Shown here piece after piece: positions 53,901-64,000 of a stretch of 64,000 nucleotides of DNA. The DNA comes from Antedon mediterranea. Taxonomy: Eukaryota; Animalia; Echinodermata. Each line of letters opens with the position of its first letter. Position 1 is the first letter of the stretch. The stretch lies in contig NC_092678.1 in NCBI RefSeq assembly GCF_964355755.1, forward strand, positions 18,679,365 to 18,743,364. Direction: 5' to 3'. The notes under the pieces were generated by a model. That model saw only the letters and a list, made by a program, of their open reading frames with translations. It was not told where the DNA came from and did no database searches. The position numbers and the translations under genes were made by a program.

Positions 53901-56900
53901 GACGTCTAGAATAATAAAAAAAATCGCATCCGAGCTTTCATATATAATTACAGTAAATCTTAATAATTATAAATATGTTTCTTAACAAAGCATCGTGTCC
54001 CGGAGAAGACATTACAGTTGATGGCATTTTGTACAGTTTTCCAGATGTCCAGCTTGGTACAACCGCAGAATCACTACAATACTGCCCTCTATATTATACA
54101 GATCAGGGTAAATCTTTTAAAAATAATAGTAAATGTTCTTCTTACAAAATTATATTTTTGAAAATCTTTAAACTTTTACAGTAGCTAGTACAGCAGCTAG
54201 TACAGTAGCTAGTACTTCAGCCACTACTGCAACATCAAAGGTTTTTTTTTTAAATATGTACATTTTTTTGTAATAAAGGAAAAGCTGTTTCACTTGCGAC
54301 CCGATACTGTGGAGGAGATTTCGAATCAGGAGCTGTATGGGGATCCATCACTATCACAGAGTGTGACATTGGAACAACTTCAAGGCAAATACAAAGGATA
54401 GATAGGGTAAATGTAATTTACTAACTTCAATATGTGCTAACTTTAGTAAAAACCTTTATCTATAAGAACCTTTATCTATTATGGCACCGCTATAGACTTT
54501 TAGAAGATGAATATACTTTACTGATTTTGCAGGTTGAAGTTACAGAAGAAAACTGTAGAGAAGTTGCCGATGCTCTTGCAAAAGCCACCAGTAATGTGGG
54601 AGATCTTGATAAGAAGGCGGTTGAATTAGTCGCAGGCATTTTAGAAGACATTGTTGGTCTCGAGATACCTGATGAGACGGTAATTTGATATATTTATATA
54701 TATATATATATAAAATAATACTTATATTAAATGAATGCAATGCTATTTTTTTCAAGTAAGATTTAAGTGCTAATTGTACCACAGTAAAACAGACATCTTG
54801 AGAACAGTAGGATTTTATAATGTTTTCTGTTGTAACGATATCAGAGCACCATTTTCTTAAAAGCTGAATCAAAAAATAAATACACATTTACAATCATATC
54901 TAGGGCATTTGCAATGTATAAGACCAGAACATTTAGTTTTCGAATAGAGAAATCTAGACAATAAGGTAAACCAATAGTTTCTGAAATTAAGGTTTGAGCA
55001 CAATCTATACATTATCTACATTATTACTTAAAGATAACCTCAAATGTGGTTGAAGTTGTCGATAATATCATCGAATCAGGTATACTCGACTCATCAATGA
55101 GGGAAACGGCATCGTCATTCGTGACGTCATTAGAAAGACAACTTGCAACAGTGGCAGCAGCAGGTATGAACTTCAGCAGCGTACAGCCAAATGTTGGTGT
55201 TATGACTTTAGTAGTGAGTTCAAAATCTCTGATAAACGGGCTAGCTTATGTGACTGTCTCAGATGCTGACTCGCTCAATGAAATCTTCCAACCAGACGAT
55301 GTAAAGACGTATTACGAGAATGAATTTCCTTTTGAAATGGTGGGAGCGTCAATCGCACTTCCACCTGAGATCATCTCACTCAACAAGGTTCAAACAGGAG
55401 AAGATGAAATCCGAGTATATTTTACCGTGTACCAGAATAGTATGTTGTTCATTTCAAACAATTTCGGTAACGCATCCGAAGAAGGGTTTACTCGCAAAGT
55501 TGGCAGTCATATTATTTCAGCTTCAATTGAGGCAGTCAAGATTGATGGACTGATAACACCTATAAAAGCTACCTTTCTACCCCGCTTTGTAAGTATTGTA
55601 TACACATGCATAACCATTGTGTTGATATTGAATATCTAGTTATCAAGTAAAACCATACTGCATTGTAAGCTAACTTTCATTGTATTTTAACAGACACAAG
55701 TGATTAAAATTCGTTGTTCTTGTTTGTGTAAATACAGTTTAGGCTAATCGTACAAATAAAGCATACGTATCCTTACGTAGGTTGTCTAAACTGCCTATTA
55801 TTACTTTTTAATTGAGGAAGATGGTCTTTTTAATCTCACATTACATTCAAAGGGACGAATTCAGTAAAGAGTTTTATTATATATCACGTTCAATTTGTTT
55901 AAAGTTATCTATCTTTAGAAAGTTTATAGGCATATATCCCGTTAGTTCCTCCTTTGTTATTGGTTAATCACTCGGCAACATTTCTACCCATAATGCAGTA
56001 CCATTGTTACAAAGAACCATCCTTTCTTACAATTTCTGATATCTTTTGGCAGAAAACTACAAACAATACAAAATGTGTTTTCTGGGATTTCTCACTTGAT
56101 GATGGAGTAGGTGATTGGTCAAGCGAAGGATGTGAGCTAGATGGAACAACTGACGGTCGTGCTGTTTGCCTGTGTGATCATCTGACAAACTTTGCTATTA
56201 TTGTTGTAAGTCATTATTATTGTTTATTGACCTTGTCGATCAAAAGAGTCGATATTGTGTGTTTAATCTAAGGACATAAACAAAATCTACGTAACTAAAG
56301 AGTTATAATTAGAATAGTGGAACACAAGAAAAATACTAAAAGCTTTATCATGATTTTAACACATTGGATACCTACATTAATAAAATAAAATATAATAACA
56401 ATAATGCTTATTCATTCTTACAGGATTATTACGAACCTAAAGAATCTACGTTCCACGACGCCTTAACTATCATCAGTTTAATCGGATGCATCATTTCTAT
56501 TTTATGTTTAACAGTCACCATTGCTACATACCTTTACTTTAAGTAAGTTGGAGTAATTTTTCATTTGTGAAAAACATTAATAAGTTTCGCGAGCAAATAA
56601 TATAAAACAAAGATTAAAACATTCGTATTGTTTTGAGATAATTGTACAATATGCCACTGTAAATATGTTAATGGTATTATTATGGTTTTATTGTAGACAA
56701 TTTCGAAGTAAACGTCCTCAAAAGATCCTCATCAACCTGTCACTATCTTTGCTAATCCTTTACCTCGTGTTTGCGATTGGCATCGAGCAGACAGGTTCTA
56801 GAAATGGATGCATCGCTGTAGCAGCGCTGATTCATTACTTTGGACTGGCTTCTTTTTTCTGGATGTCAATCGAAGCTGTAAACATGTATCTTATGTTCGT

Positions 56901-58065
56901 CAAAGTCTTCTACGAAAATATTGAAGACTTTATGCTGAAAGTTTGTGTAGCAGGCTATGGTAAATATAAACATGCTGAAATGGTTTTATTTAAATTATTG
57001 TTCCACTGTGCAATCTATTACTTTTTGTAAACAATTTACAGTGTGATTTACTCAATTTTGGTTGTTAAATTTCAAAACTAATATTGATTTGTGTTTTTAG
57101 GGCTTCCTCTGCTGATTGTTGCAATTTGTTTGTTCGTTGATGTTGATCACTATACGAACGAACATTAGTAAGTATCACATAATTATAATAATGCATATAA
57201 TAATTTAATAATAATATTATAATAATACAGGGTAATACCAGCACGTAATCATTTACAATTAGATAAAATCAACAACAGTGTTTTCCCTGTCCAAGCAAAC
57301 ACGTAGATTGTTAGTTATTTAACTCATCAAATAGTCGATGGAAGCCAATCTCTGCTAACTATGTAACTCAATAATCGACAAAATGCCTGAAAATACGTCA
57401 TTAGAGTTTTTTTATGGTAAATTCCGCCCTTAACTGTAAGCATGTCTATATTGCGCTATCGTCAATTGACATAGTAATTTTCCTCCACCAACAATAACAC
57501 CAACATTGTATTGAGTATAGACGCTATCATTAATTTTTATTATTTCAGCTGTTTCATTCCTTCGGGAAATATCCGCAACTATGGCTTCATTCTTATCATC
57601 GGAATACTACTTCTGTTTAATGTCGTTGTATTCATTCTAGTAATGCGTACATTGACATGCGGACGTAAGATTGTCAAAACAGTTGATCAAACGAAGAGAG
57701 AGATAGTTATCAAACGTCTGCAGAACGCTATCGCGATTTCGACACTTCTAGGCATAACATGGGTTTTCGGATTCCTCGCAATCGATGCAGATTCGACCTC
57801 TCGCGACGCGTTTCAGTTGTTATTCTGTGTCTTCAACTCTCTGCAAGGCCTCTTCATTTTTCTCTTGTTTTGTGTACGACAGAAGGATATCCGTGACGCG
57901 TGGAAGACATGTTGCAAAGAAAGTGACAGAGCTAAGAGAGTTAAATATGCTACTGATACCAGAAAGGGTATCAAGGGTAAAGTGAAGATGGATCAGAGTA
58001 TTCCATTGACAGAAGAGTCTACTCGTGCTACAAACACTGCTAGTGCAATCAACGAGAATGTGTAA
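38887..58065 (+). CDS. Adhesion GPCR gene B, tandem paralogue of A; SP-CTLD-EGF-LDLa-X-Ig-Y-Ig-SEA-HormR-GAIN/GPS-7TM; 23 exons, ~1624 aa
   Basis: Exons: 38887-38989 (alternative in-frame ATG at 38872), 40498-40752, 41963-42082, 45553-45687, 46929-47048, 47190-47356, 47913-48029, 48650-48962, 49552-49756, 49887-49954, 50496-51152, 52016-52270, 52722-52831, 53312-53495, 53991-54107, 54279-54406, 54533-54679, 55034-55588, 56053-56205, 56424-56542, 56697-56959, 57101-57167, 57549-58065. Total 4875 nt, a multiple of 3. Exon-for-exon homology with gene A from the last EGF onward. Joining the first three exons to the rest rests on phase compatibility only. Confidence 0.88.
39354..40199. mobile_element. 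Non-autonomous DNA transposon (MULE/Mutator-like MITE), ~130-bp TIRs, 9-bp TSD
   Basis: Ends GCGATTTTT...AAAAATCGC. TSD ACCCCGGCC at 39345-39353 and 40200-40208; the paralogous empty site near 44128 has a single copy. Confidence 0.9.
40498..42082 (+). CDS. C-type lectin domain, two exons (40498-40752, 41963-42082)
   Basis: CPEGWFLFEGSCY...WTRARDKC...LVVV...ENDFL...WIGLSD...YIW / NFDSGEPSNSRNENCVWI...KWNDVSC...FVCE. WIGL, EPS and WND motifs; phase 1 at both ends. Confidence 0.9.
40863..41031. repeat. Palindromic repeat; second copy at 61688-61823
   Basis: ATTCAAATAATTT.TCTTTTGGA...TCCAAAAGA.AA.TTATTTGAAT hairpin. Both copies are followed by ctatacagagat.cagatgaacc.ttttactaa. Confidence 0.7.
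41245..41917 (-). mobile_element. Solo LTR of the same family, opposite orientation
   Basis: TGTAATATA...TATATTACA inverted ends, TSD TTGG (41241-41244 and 41918-41921), internal ~30-bp tandem repeats (41400-41530), octamer ATTTGCAT at 41574. Confidence 0.85.
43040..43134 (+). pseudogene. Dead duplicate of the gene B signal-peptide exon
   Basis: Near-identical to 38887-38989 but 8 nt shorter (tatcttataggattatgtattg to tatctatagtattg), giving an in-frame TAG at 43100-43102. Confidence 0.8.
43527..43642 (+). pseudogene. Third signal-peptide exon copy, ATG out of frame by 1 nt
   Basis: Frame ...LTINVIILVYLIGGCHESKCQEEEVTQPT G/gtaaag matches gene A exon 1 (VTQPAG). The ATG at 43527 reaches TAA unless one A of the run at 43548-43551 is removed; this could be a homopolymer sequencing error. 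Confidence 0.55.
44495..45010. mobile_element. MITE with CAGGGG(T/C)GGATTGCTATAA TIRs and internal AGTCTT/AAGAC subrepeats
   Basis: caggggtggattgctataa ... ttatagcaatccgcccctg. Confidence 0.7.
45553..58065 (+). CDS. Gene B core exons, EGF through 7TM, homologous to gene A exons 12-31
   Basis: Same exon phases and near-identical lengths as gene A. GPS CDHL/TNFAIIV (56053-56205), SEA KPGSVIT (53312-53495), stop after ...AINENV at 58065. Confidence 0.93.
46252..46871. repeat. Minisatellite, ~16-17-bp unit GGTACAGTATGACTCG
   Basis: About 620 bp of variant units, ending ~58 bp before the gene B LDLa exon. Confidence 0.9.
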
Positions 58066-58721
58066 AACGATATGAACAGTTTTTGAATGATTATTTTAGA
58101 CCTACATATTTGCCATAACTGGACGCGTATACATGAATGTGATCTCGACAACTACTAGTTAAACGTTAGATCCACATGGTGAAGTTAGGATCCTCTATGT
58201 TGATCTCTTCGCCCTACAAAGCCCAGGTAAATTAAAATTAAACTATCAGGAATTTGTTTCAAGTTTCATTAATATCAACATACTGTATAAGTTTCAAGAA
58301 AATATGTTGAACATTTTTTTTCCTGAATGTAGGAGCTCCTCTTAAGCTACCAGATTGGTGATATACGTACTTCCTCGACATGATTCACTCAGTTATTATG
58401 TATGCCTTATAACTTTCTAACCTCGGCTCTCTAATATTTTACCATCACTACCACATAGTTAGCAATGTTTAATATTTGACGAGTGATGTTTTTGTTTTTT
58501 TAGTGACTCATCCCACTTTCTAACAAAAAATCTTGTTTTTAACACGTAAACATAATATTTTAATATGTAACCAATCGATAACTGTATTGTCTTTTATGGT
58601 AGTTTTAGATAGTGTATGTTGTCTTTTATAACATTATTGTTCCTTTTTAATACCATTTTAAAGCAAAATAGGAATATGTGAATTTGTAATCAGTACACAT
58701 TTCATTTCAATAGAAAATGTC

Positions 58722-58807
58722 TTTTTAGCAGCTCACTATGTTGGTCGGTCGGTCGGTTGGTCGGTAAACACTAACTTGAGCACGCGACTGCAGTATATGG
58801 CCTTGTT
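58722..58807. mobile_element. Short Helentron/DINE-like remnant
   Basis: T-run start, (GGTC)n microsatellite, ends cacgcgact...tatggccttgtt. Confidence 0.4.
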
Positions 58808-59097
58808 ATGTCATTATTTACTAAGAGCACTCTTATTATAAGTACTTTTATTCAATAATTCATTGTAATGTCAGATTTAATTTTCCACATGTTATCATTT
58901 AACTGTGATATTAATATACTTCTTTGTAAATCGAAAGTTAAACAGTAAGAATAAAATCCCGAACGGCTTTAATCTTCGTATTCTGTAAATTATATTATGG
59001 TATGTTTACATGGATAGTAATGTCGCCTTTCTAATTTTTCTAATTTTATTATCTAATGAATATCATTAAAAATCGTATTACAGTTTAATTTCTGTCA

Positions 59098-59349
59098 TCT
59101 AAACGATGCATTACGTGTGGAGAACTCGACAATAAACTAATATGCCAACCCTACCTCAAAACGATGTATTATGTGTGAAAAACTGGTCAAAGAGCCGATA
59201 TGTCCACCCTACCTTAAGCGATGCATTGCGTGTGGAGAACTAGCTCGGTAAAGACATATGCCCATCCTACCTTTAAGCGATGCATTATACGTGGAGAACC
59301 ATTTGAAGAGCTAAGATGTCCACCCTACTTTCAGACGATGTGTGTGTGT
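59098..59349. repeat. Tandem array, ~4.3 x ~58 bp, with conserved blocks and a variable 13-14-bp segment
   Basis: cgatgcatta.gtgtggagaac-[variable]-atatg.c.accctacc repeated. Confidence 0.8.
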
Positions 59350-59761
59350 TTGAAGTAATCTGTACAAATGTAAATAAATATATGTTTGCACTTGTGTTTT
59401 ATTTTTTCTTTAAATAATTTTAAAACCATCCATGGTTATTCAAGCTATTAACTGTTTTTCGGTTTAGTAATAACTGTATAAAACGAATATTTGTGGTTTA
59501 AGCTTTTAGGTTCTTAAATGATCAGTTATTATAATTTATTCAATATGAACAATATGAAATATTTTATGAACATTATTTTCCGTTTTACTGAAAATATCCA
59601 ACAGAAATCAGGAATTCTTGAATTTGATTGGCTACTCGGACACACCTAATTCTAAGAAAACTCAATATAATACATTTTTCCAAATAAAAGATCCTTGTAG
59701 GCTACAATCAGGTATTATTTTAAAGACTAAATCAGGAAACATGAATATTTTCAGTTCAACT

Positions 59762-62700
59762 ATGGACAGGTCCCGGCTCGCAATAGTGACCATAGGCTGT
59801 ATATTGGTGAGTAAAGACATTAGGAATCTTGTCAATTTTTATTCTACAGCAACTAAGTAACATATCATTTTCCTGTTGCTGTGTCTGTGTTTCAACGTAG
59901 AAGTTTATCAGTCAATAAAAAAAAACCTGAGTTAATTTTAATTACAATATTTTTTTCCTTTCAGATTTTTCCATCTCAAGATGTATTTGGTAAGATACGC
60001 ATGTTTAAATCTACGATTTAGATTATTTGAATCGAATTATAGGAGATCGTAATAATTCGAATTCAGAAAAGTTATAAATATTAAGTTCGTCGCATAAAGT
60101 TTAACGCTAAAAATATTACAAAATTTATAAAGTCATTTATTAGTATTTTTTTAATTTGGAATATCGTAATCAAATTATTGGCATGAATCCAACTTACAGT
60201 ATAGTAAATCTGCCAATAAGATTTAGCGAAAAAGATTTCTGATTTAAAAGATGTACTGTAATTGCGTAGGCGGTTTACTAAATAATAAAAAAATGTATTA
60301 TATAATTATTATAATATTGACATTAATCCAATCAAAAATATATTCATTAGAAAATGATTTGAACATATTTATTTTATTTCAACTAATTACGTCCTAGAAA
60401 CAAGAATTATAGCAACCTAAATGTAGACGAAAATATTTGATAATAATATTTATGGTACAATTTATCTTATTACAGCGGGACTAGTCGGAATTCAAACGAC
60501 TTCTTTCACTACCCAGGAAAAGAAAGGTAAGTCATATTTTGTTTATTATAATTCTATGTTGCTGTTACTAAATACAATTAAACTGACTATCGCAAGTCAT
60601 CCAGAAAGTAATTGTATTAAATGCCTTAATACATATTATACTTAACCACTATGTTCGTATGTTACTATGTATAATTATTAATTTTCATAATGCATTTTTT
60701 TCTATATACGTATTTGCAGGACTTAAATGTATTGAAAGTACTTAAATCTTTTGTACAGTCATGTATCTATTTGTTTTTTTCTGAAATGTATATCATGTCT
60801 TATAATATGTTTGGCATCATTCCAACTTACAGTGTATTAAATCTGCCGATGAGAATTATTACTTAACATTTGGTATTTCTTTATTCTCTATTTCAAACCA
60901 ACAGTGTAAAACACCAATAACAGGTTGACATTCAAGTTCAATATTGAATATCGAAACGTGGCAGGCTATAGGCGCTTGACCTTTGACAAGATCGCCTAAA
61001 ATTTATAAATTAAACTTACGATACTTATTATTATATATTCAGGAAACAATACATATTTAAAAAAATATATATATAATATTATTTATCGCATAATATACAG
61101 TCTAGGATAATTATTTGATATACAAAATCATTACACCCAACTACTATCTTCATCTCCTATATGCGGAACATCATTTGGATAATAGAAGAAATCACATATA
61201 TACACATAATCAAACATAGTATACTCTATCTCTAACAATATTTCAATCTTATATCGACTAAAGCTGAAGTATAGTCGTTATCTCGGGACCGTTCTATGGT
61301 CACTACCAGGTAGTCTTACTTCATCAAGGCTTCTATGAATGGATGTAGGCCTACTGGTGTGGAGCAGAAAAGCTAGTAGACCATACCCAGTACCGTTTTG
61401 ATTACGATCAATCGGGAAATTACCTCACGACGTACAATACACTAAAATAAAACAATGGTAATACATAATAATGAAACAATAAAATAAGTAGTTTTAAATA
61501 TTTTTCTTACGAGAAGTTGAGAGAGAGGAATTGTTAACAATACTGGTATCGAATTGATTCCATATTAATTATTCTGATTCAAAAGAAGTTTACAGCACAT
61601 GCATATATTTTTACTAAATAAAAAAAGATAAATCGTATTATTATATTATTAACATTATTCCAATCAAAATTATATTCAATTGTGTACTATTCAAATAATT
61701 TGTCTTTTGGAGAATCTAAAGTCAAATAAAAAGTTTTACGATTTTTATTTGACTTTGGATCATCCAAAAGACAACTTATTTGAATACTACTATACAGAGA
61801 TTCAGATGAACCATTTTACTAAATTACAAGAAATCAACCCGTGAGAATGAGGAAAACATGTAAAAGAAAATATTTCATTGCCATGTTAAAGTTATTTTAA
61901 TAAACGTCCAATAAAAAAATAATATGAGGCATGGCATCACAAAATCGGCGTAGTGTTATGTCGAAAATATATTATATTATATAGGCCTATTCGTAATCTA
62001 TATTTAATAATCTTTAAAATGTGCCGCTGTTTATTAAAATTGGTTAATTATAATATGAAGAGTTATTAATGAAAACATACAAGTCACTTTCTAGCTCAGG
62101 AAATCGTCATTTTGAGAAAATCAACAATAAAGTAGCGACGTCGATTAGCTTGTCCTAGCCTAGCCCGCCGATCAACGCGACAAGACTCTCTGTTCAAACT
62201 TGCTACTTTCTTCTCAATAACGGCAAACTAGTCGAAATTATATCACTGTGTGGTACATAATATTAACATTTTTGTTATTTTTAAAAAAAATATGGATAAA
62301 AATAACGATTATCTTTCTAAATATTCACAGAATGTTAAAACGTTCATTTGAGAAACTACGATGGAAGCCATGCTGTTTCATCGTAAACAAAAGCGTCAGT
62401 CAATCAGAGAGCGTAATTTATCTCTATAGCCAATCACATTCAAGGATTCACAAATTCTTGTTAGAAATTACAGCAACCTAACACCTTAGTAAAACCAATT
62501 TCCATTGGCTAGATTAAAATAAATCCCTTGGGTTGTTAAAAATTATGGTAGCTGATATTATTTTCGAACAGATAGGTACCAAACATGACGTGATTCGGGT
62601 TAGCGGTTTGTTTACAAAAGCGCCGTAAAGATGATTTTTGAGTGAACAAAAATACAATTTCCTAATGATTTTCAATGGAAACGACTTAAATAATTGCAAA

Positions 62701-63474
62701 ATACACATACTTGTGATATTTTTTTATGAACAAGATATGTGTTGATATGTTAAAGATAAGTGTTTATAGTATCGTTTTTTATTGACATTTTAAAATGGAT
62801 AGGTTAGGCCGTTTTTCGCATTCTGAACTTCAAGGCTAAATATCTCAACAGTTCGGGTTGCGACTCTGCGCCGCTTTTGTGATGCCAGGCCTCATATAGC
62901 AACATAAATTAAAATGAAAATATTTGAACAATGCTTATTGTACAATTCATTTTATTACATCAGAAGAAATTCAAACGACTTCTTTCACTACTCAGAAAAA
63001 GACAAGTAAGTAATAATTTGTTATAATACTTTATGTTGCATATCTGTCACTAGATACATCTTGACTGACTATCGCAAGTCATCTAGAAACGAATCGTGTT
63101 TTGAATGTGATTAAAAGTACTTGTAACTTGTGATGGTCAAAAGTTAAGATACATCTAGTGACAAAAACAAAAACCAGGTGTTGTTAACAGTAAGTTTTGG
63201 TTTAGGAAAATTCTCAATTTTTGTCCTGTAATTTTTGTTATGGCTATGGGTTGAAAAAAACTTAATTAAGTTTCATTATGTACATTTCTTTGTTAAATAT
63301 TAGCATATGACTGTGATGGTAAAGTACACGGAAATTATTACGCCGTTCCAGACGACCGTTCTAAATTCTACACTTGCCTCAATTCAATCCCACAAATTCA
63401 ACAGTGCCATCCAACTACTCTGGTGTATAACGAATTAACAGGAGTTTGTGATTACCAACGCAATATTGCAACAG
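59762..63474 (+). CDS. 5' part of a secreted chitin-binding (CBM14/peritrophin-A) protein gene; continues beyond the window
   Basis: In-phase exons 59762-59806 (MDRSRLAIVTIGCIL), 59965-59989 (IFPSQDVF), 60476-60526 (AGLVGIQTTSFTTQEKK), 62964-63005 (EEIQTTSFTTQKKT), 63304-63474 (YDCDGKVHGNYYAVPDDRSKFYTCLNSIPQIQQCHPTTLVYNELTGVCDYQRNI). All GT-AG; the last ends in a phase-1 donor with no stop. Confidence 0.72.
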
Positions 63475-64000
63475 GTAAATAATGATAATGCTGTGTCTTG
63501 TGGCTAATATAGTAGATAAGCAATGAATGGAAAGAAGCCGTTCTTTTGGTTTGCAAAATTAATCTTCAAAAGAAGCCGATCTCAAAATTAAGCCACCTTC
63601 TTTATAAAACAGTATTAGCTTATGGGCTTTTTAGAGGTGAACTGTACGTAAATGTCAAGAAATAGAAATAAACAATACAGATGGTCATCTAGTTGGATGG
63701 CAGACTGTAGACTGATGATAATATGGCTGATCATAGTGTGTCAATATTAATGACCTTAACTATCTCAACAATCAAGCATCGTCCATTTATGTTTTTTGTT
63801 GGCAAATAATGGAAAATGTCTTATTATTGTCGTATCCAAATATTAACTAAATTGACAGCATTCATTGTGCAAAAGTAATCTCGAAAAAAAAAGCCCAACA
63901 AAGATTTTGAAAAGCATGTGCTTCTTTTCGATGTTTTACTTTACCGTAGTTTGTGAAATCAAAGAAAATAAAACAAGTTACTAATGAGAACATCTAGGCT

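Noticed and set aside
2192-58065. Assigning ADGRG6 or ADGRG2 gene symbols
   Set aside because: The 7TM is ADGRG-like but the ectodomains differ, and orthology cannot be shown without a phylogeny.
59098-59349. CRISPR array
   Set aside because: Eukaryotic context, degenerate repeats, spacers only 13-14 bp and partly related to each other, no cas genes.
61262-61440. GC-richer stretch as a possible extra exon of the chitin-binding gene
   Set aside because: No convincing acceptor/donor pair or recognisable peptide; more likely a repeat fragment.

Overview
AT-rich, intron-rich animal genomic DNA, probably from an invertebrate deuterostome such as an echinoderm (inferred from gene style and repeat content, not proven). 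It holds two tandem + strand paralogous adhesion GPCR genes with ADGRG2/G6-like 7TM domains, which I rebuilt by hand from GT-AG exons. Gene A (2192-36185, 31 exons, ~1883 aa): SP-11xEGF-LDLa-X-Ig-Y-Ig-SEA-HormR-GAIN/GPS-7TM. Gene B (38887-58065, 23 exons, ~1624 aa): SP-C-type lectin-EGF-LDLa-X-Ig-Y-Ig-SEA-HormR-GAIN/GPS-7TM. X and Y look like two copies of one ~205-aa six-cysteine domain that I do not recognise. The paralogues differ in their N-terminal module (EGF array with a furin site versus lectin) and in ectodomain charge (acidic versus basic). A third gene (microexons plus a 4-Cys chitin-binding CBM14 domain) starts near 59762 and runs off the window. Introns contain MULE-like MITEs with 9-bp TSDs, two solo LTRs, Rex1 and CR1 LINE fragments, a 5S-derived SINE, Helitron-like ends, a Penelope-type minimal hammerhead ribozyme, an antisense spliced BEN/DUF4806-like gene fragment, minisatellites and transposon excision footprints. 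All exon models are manual and need RNA-seq confirmation.
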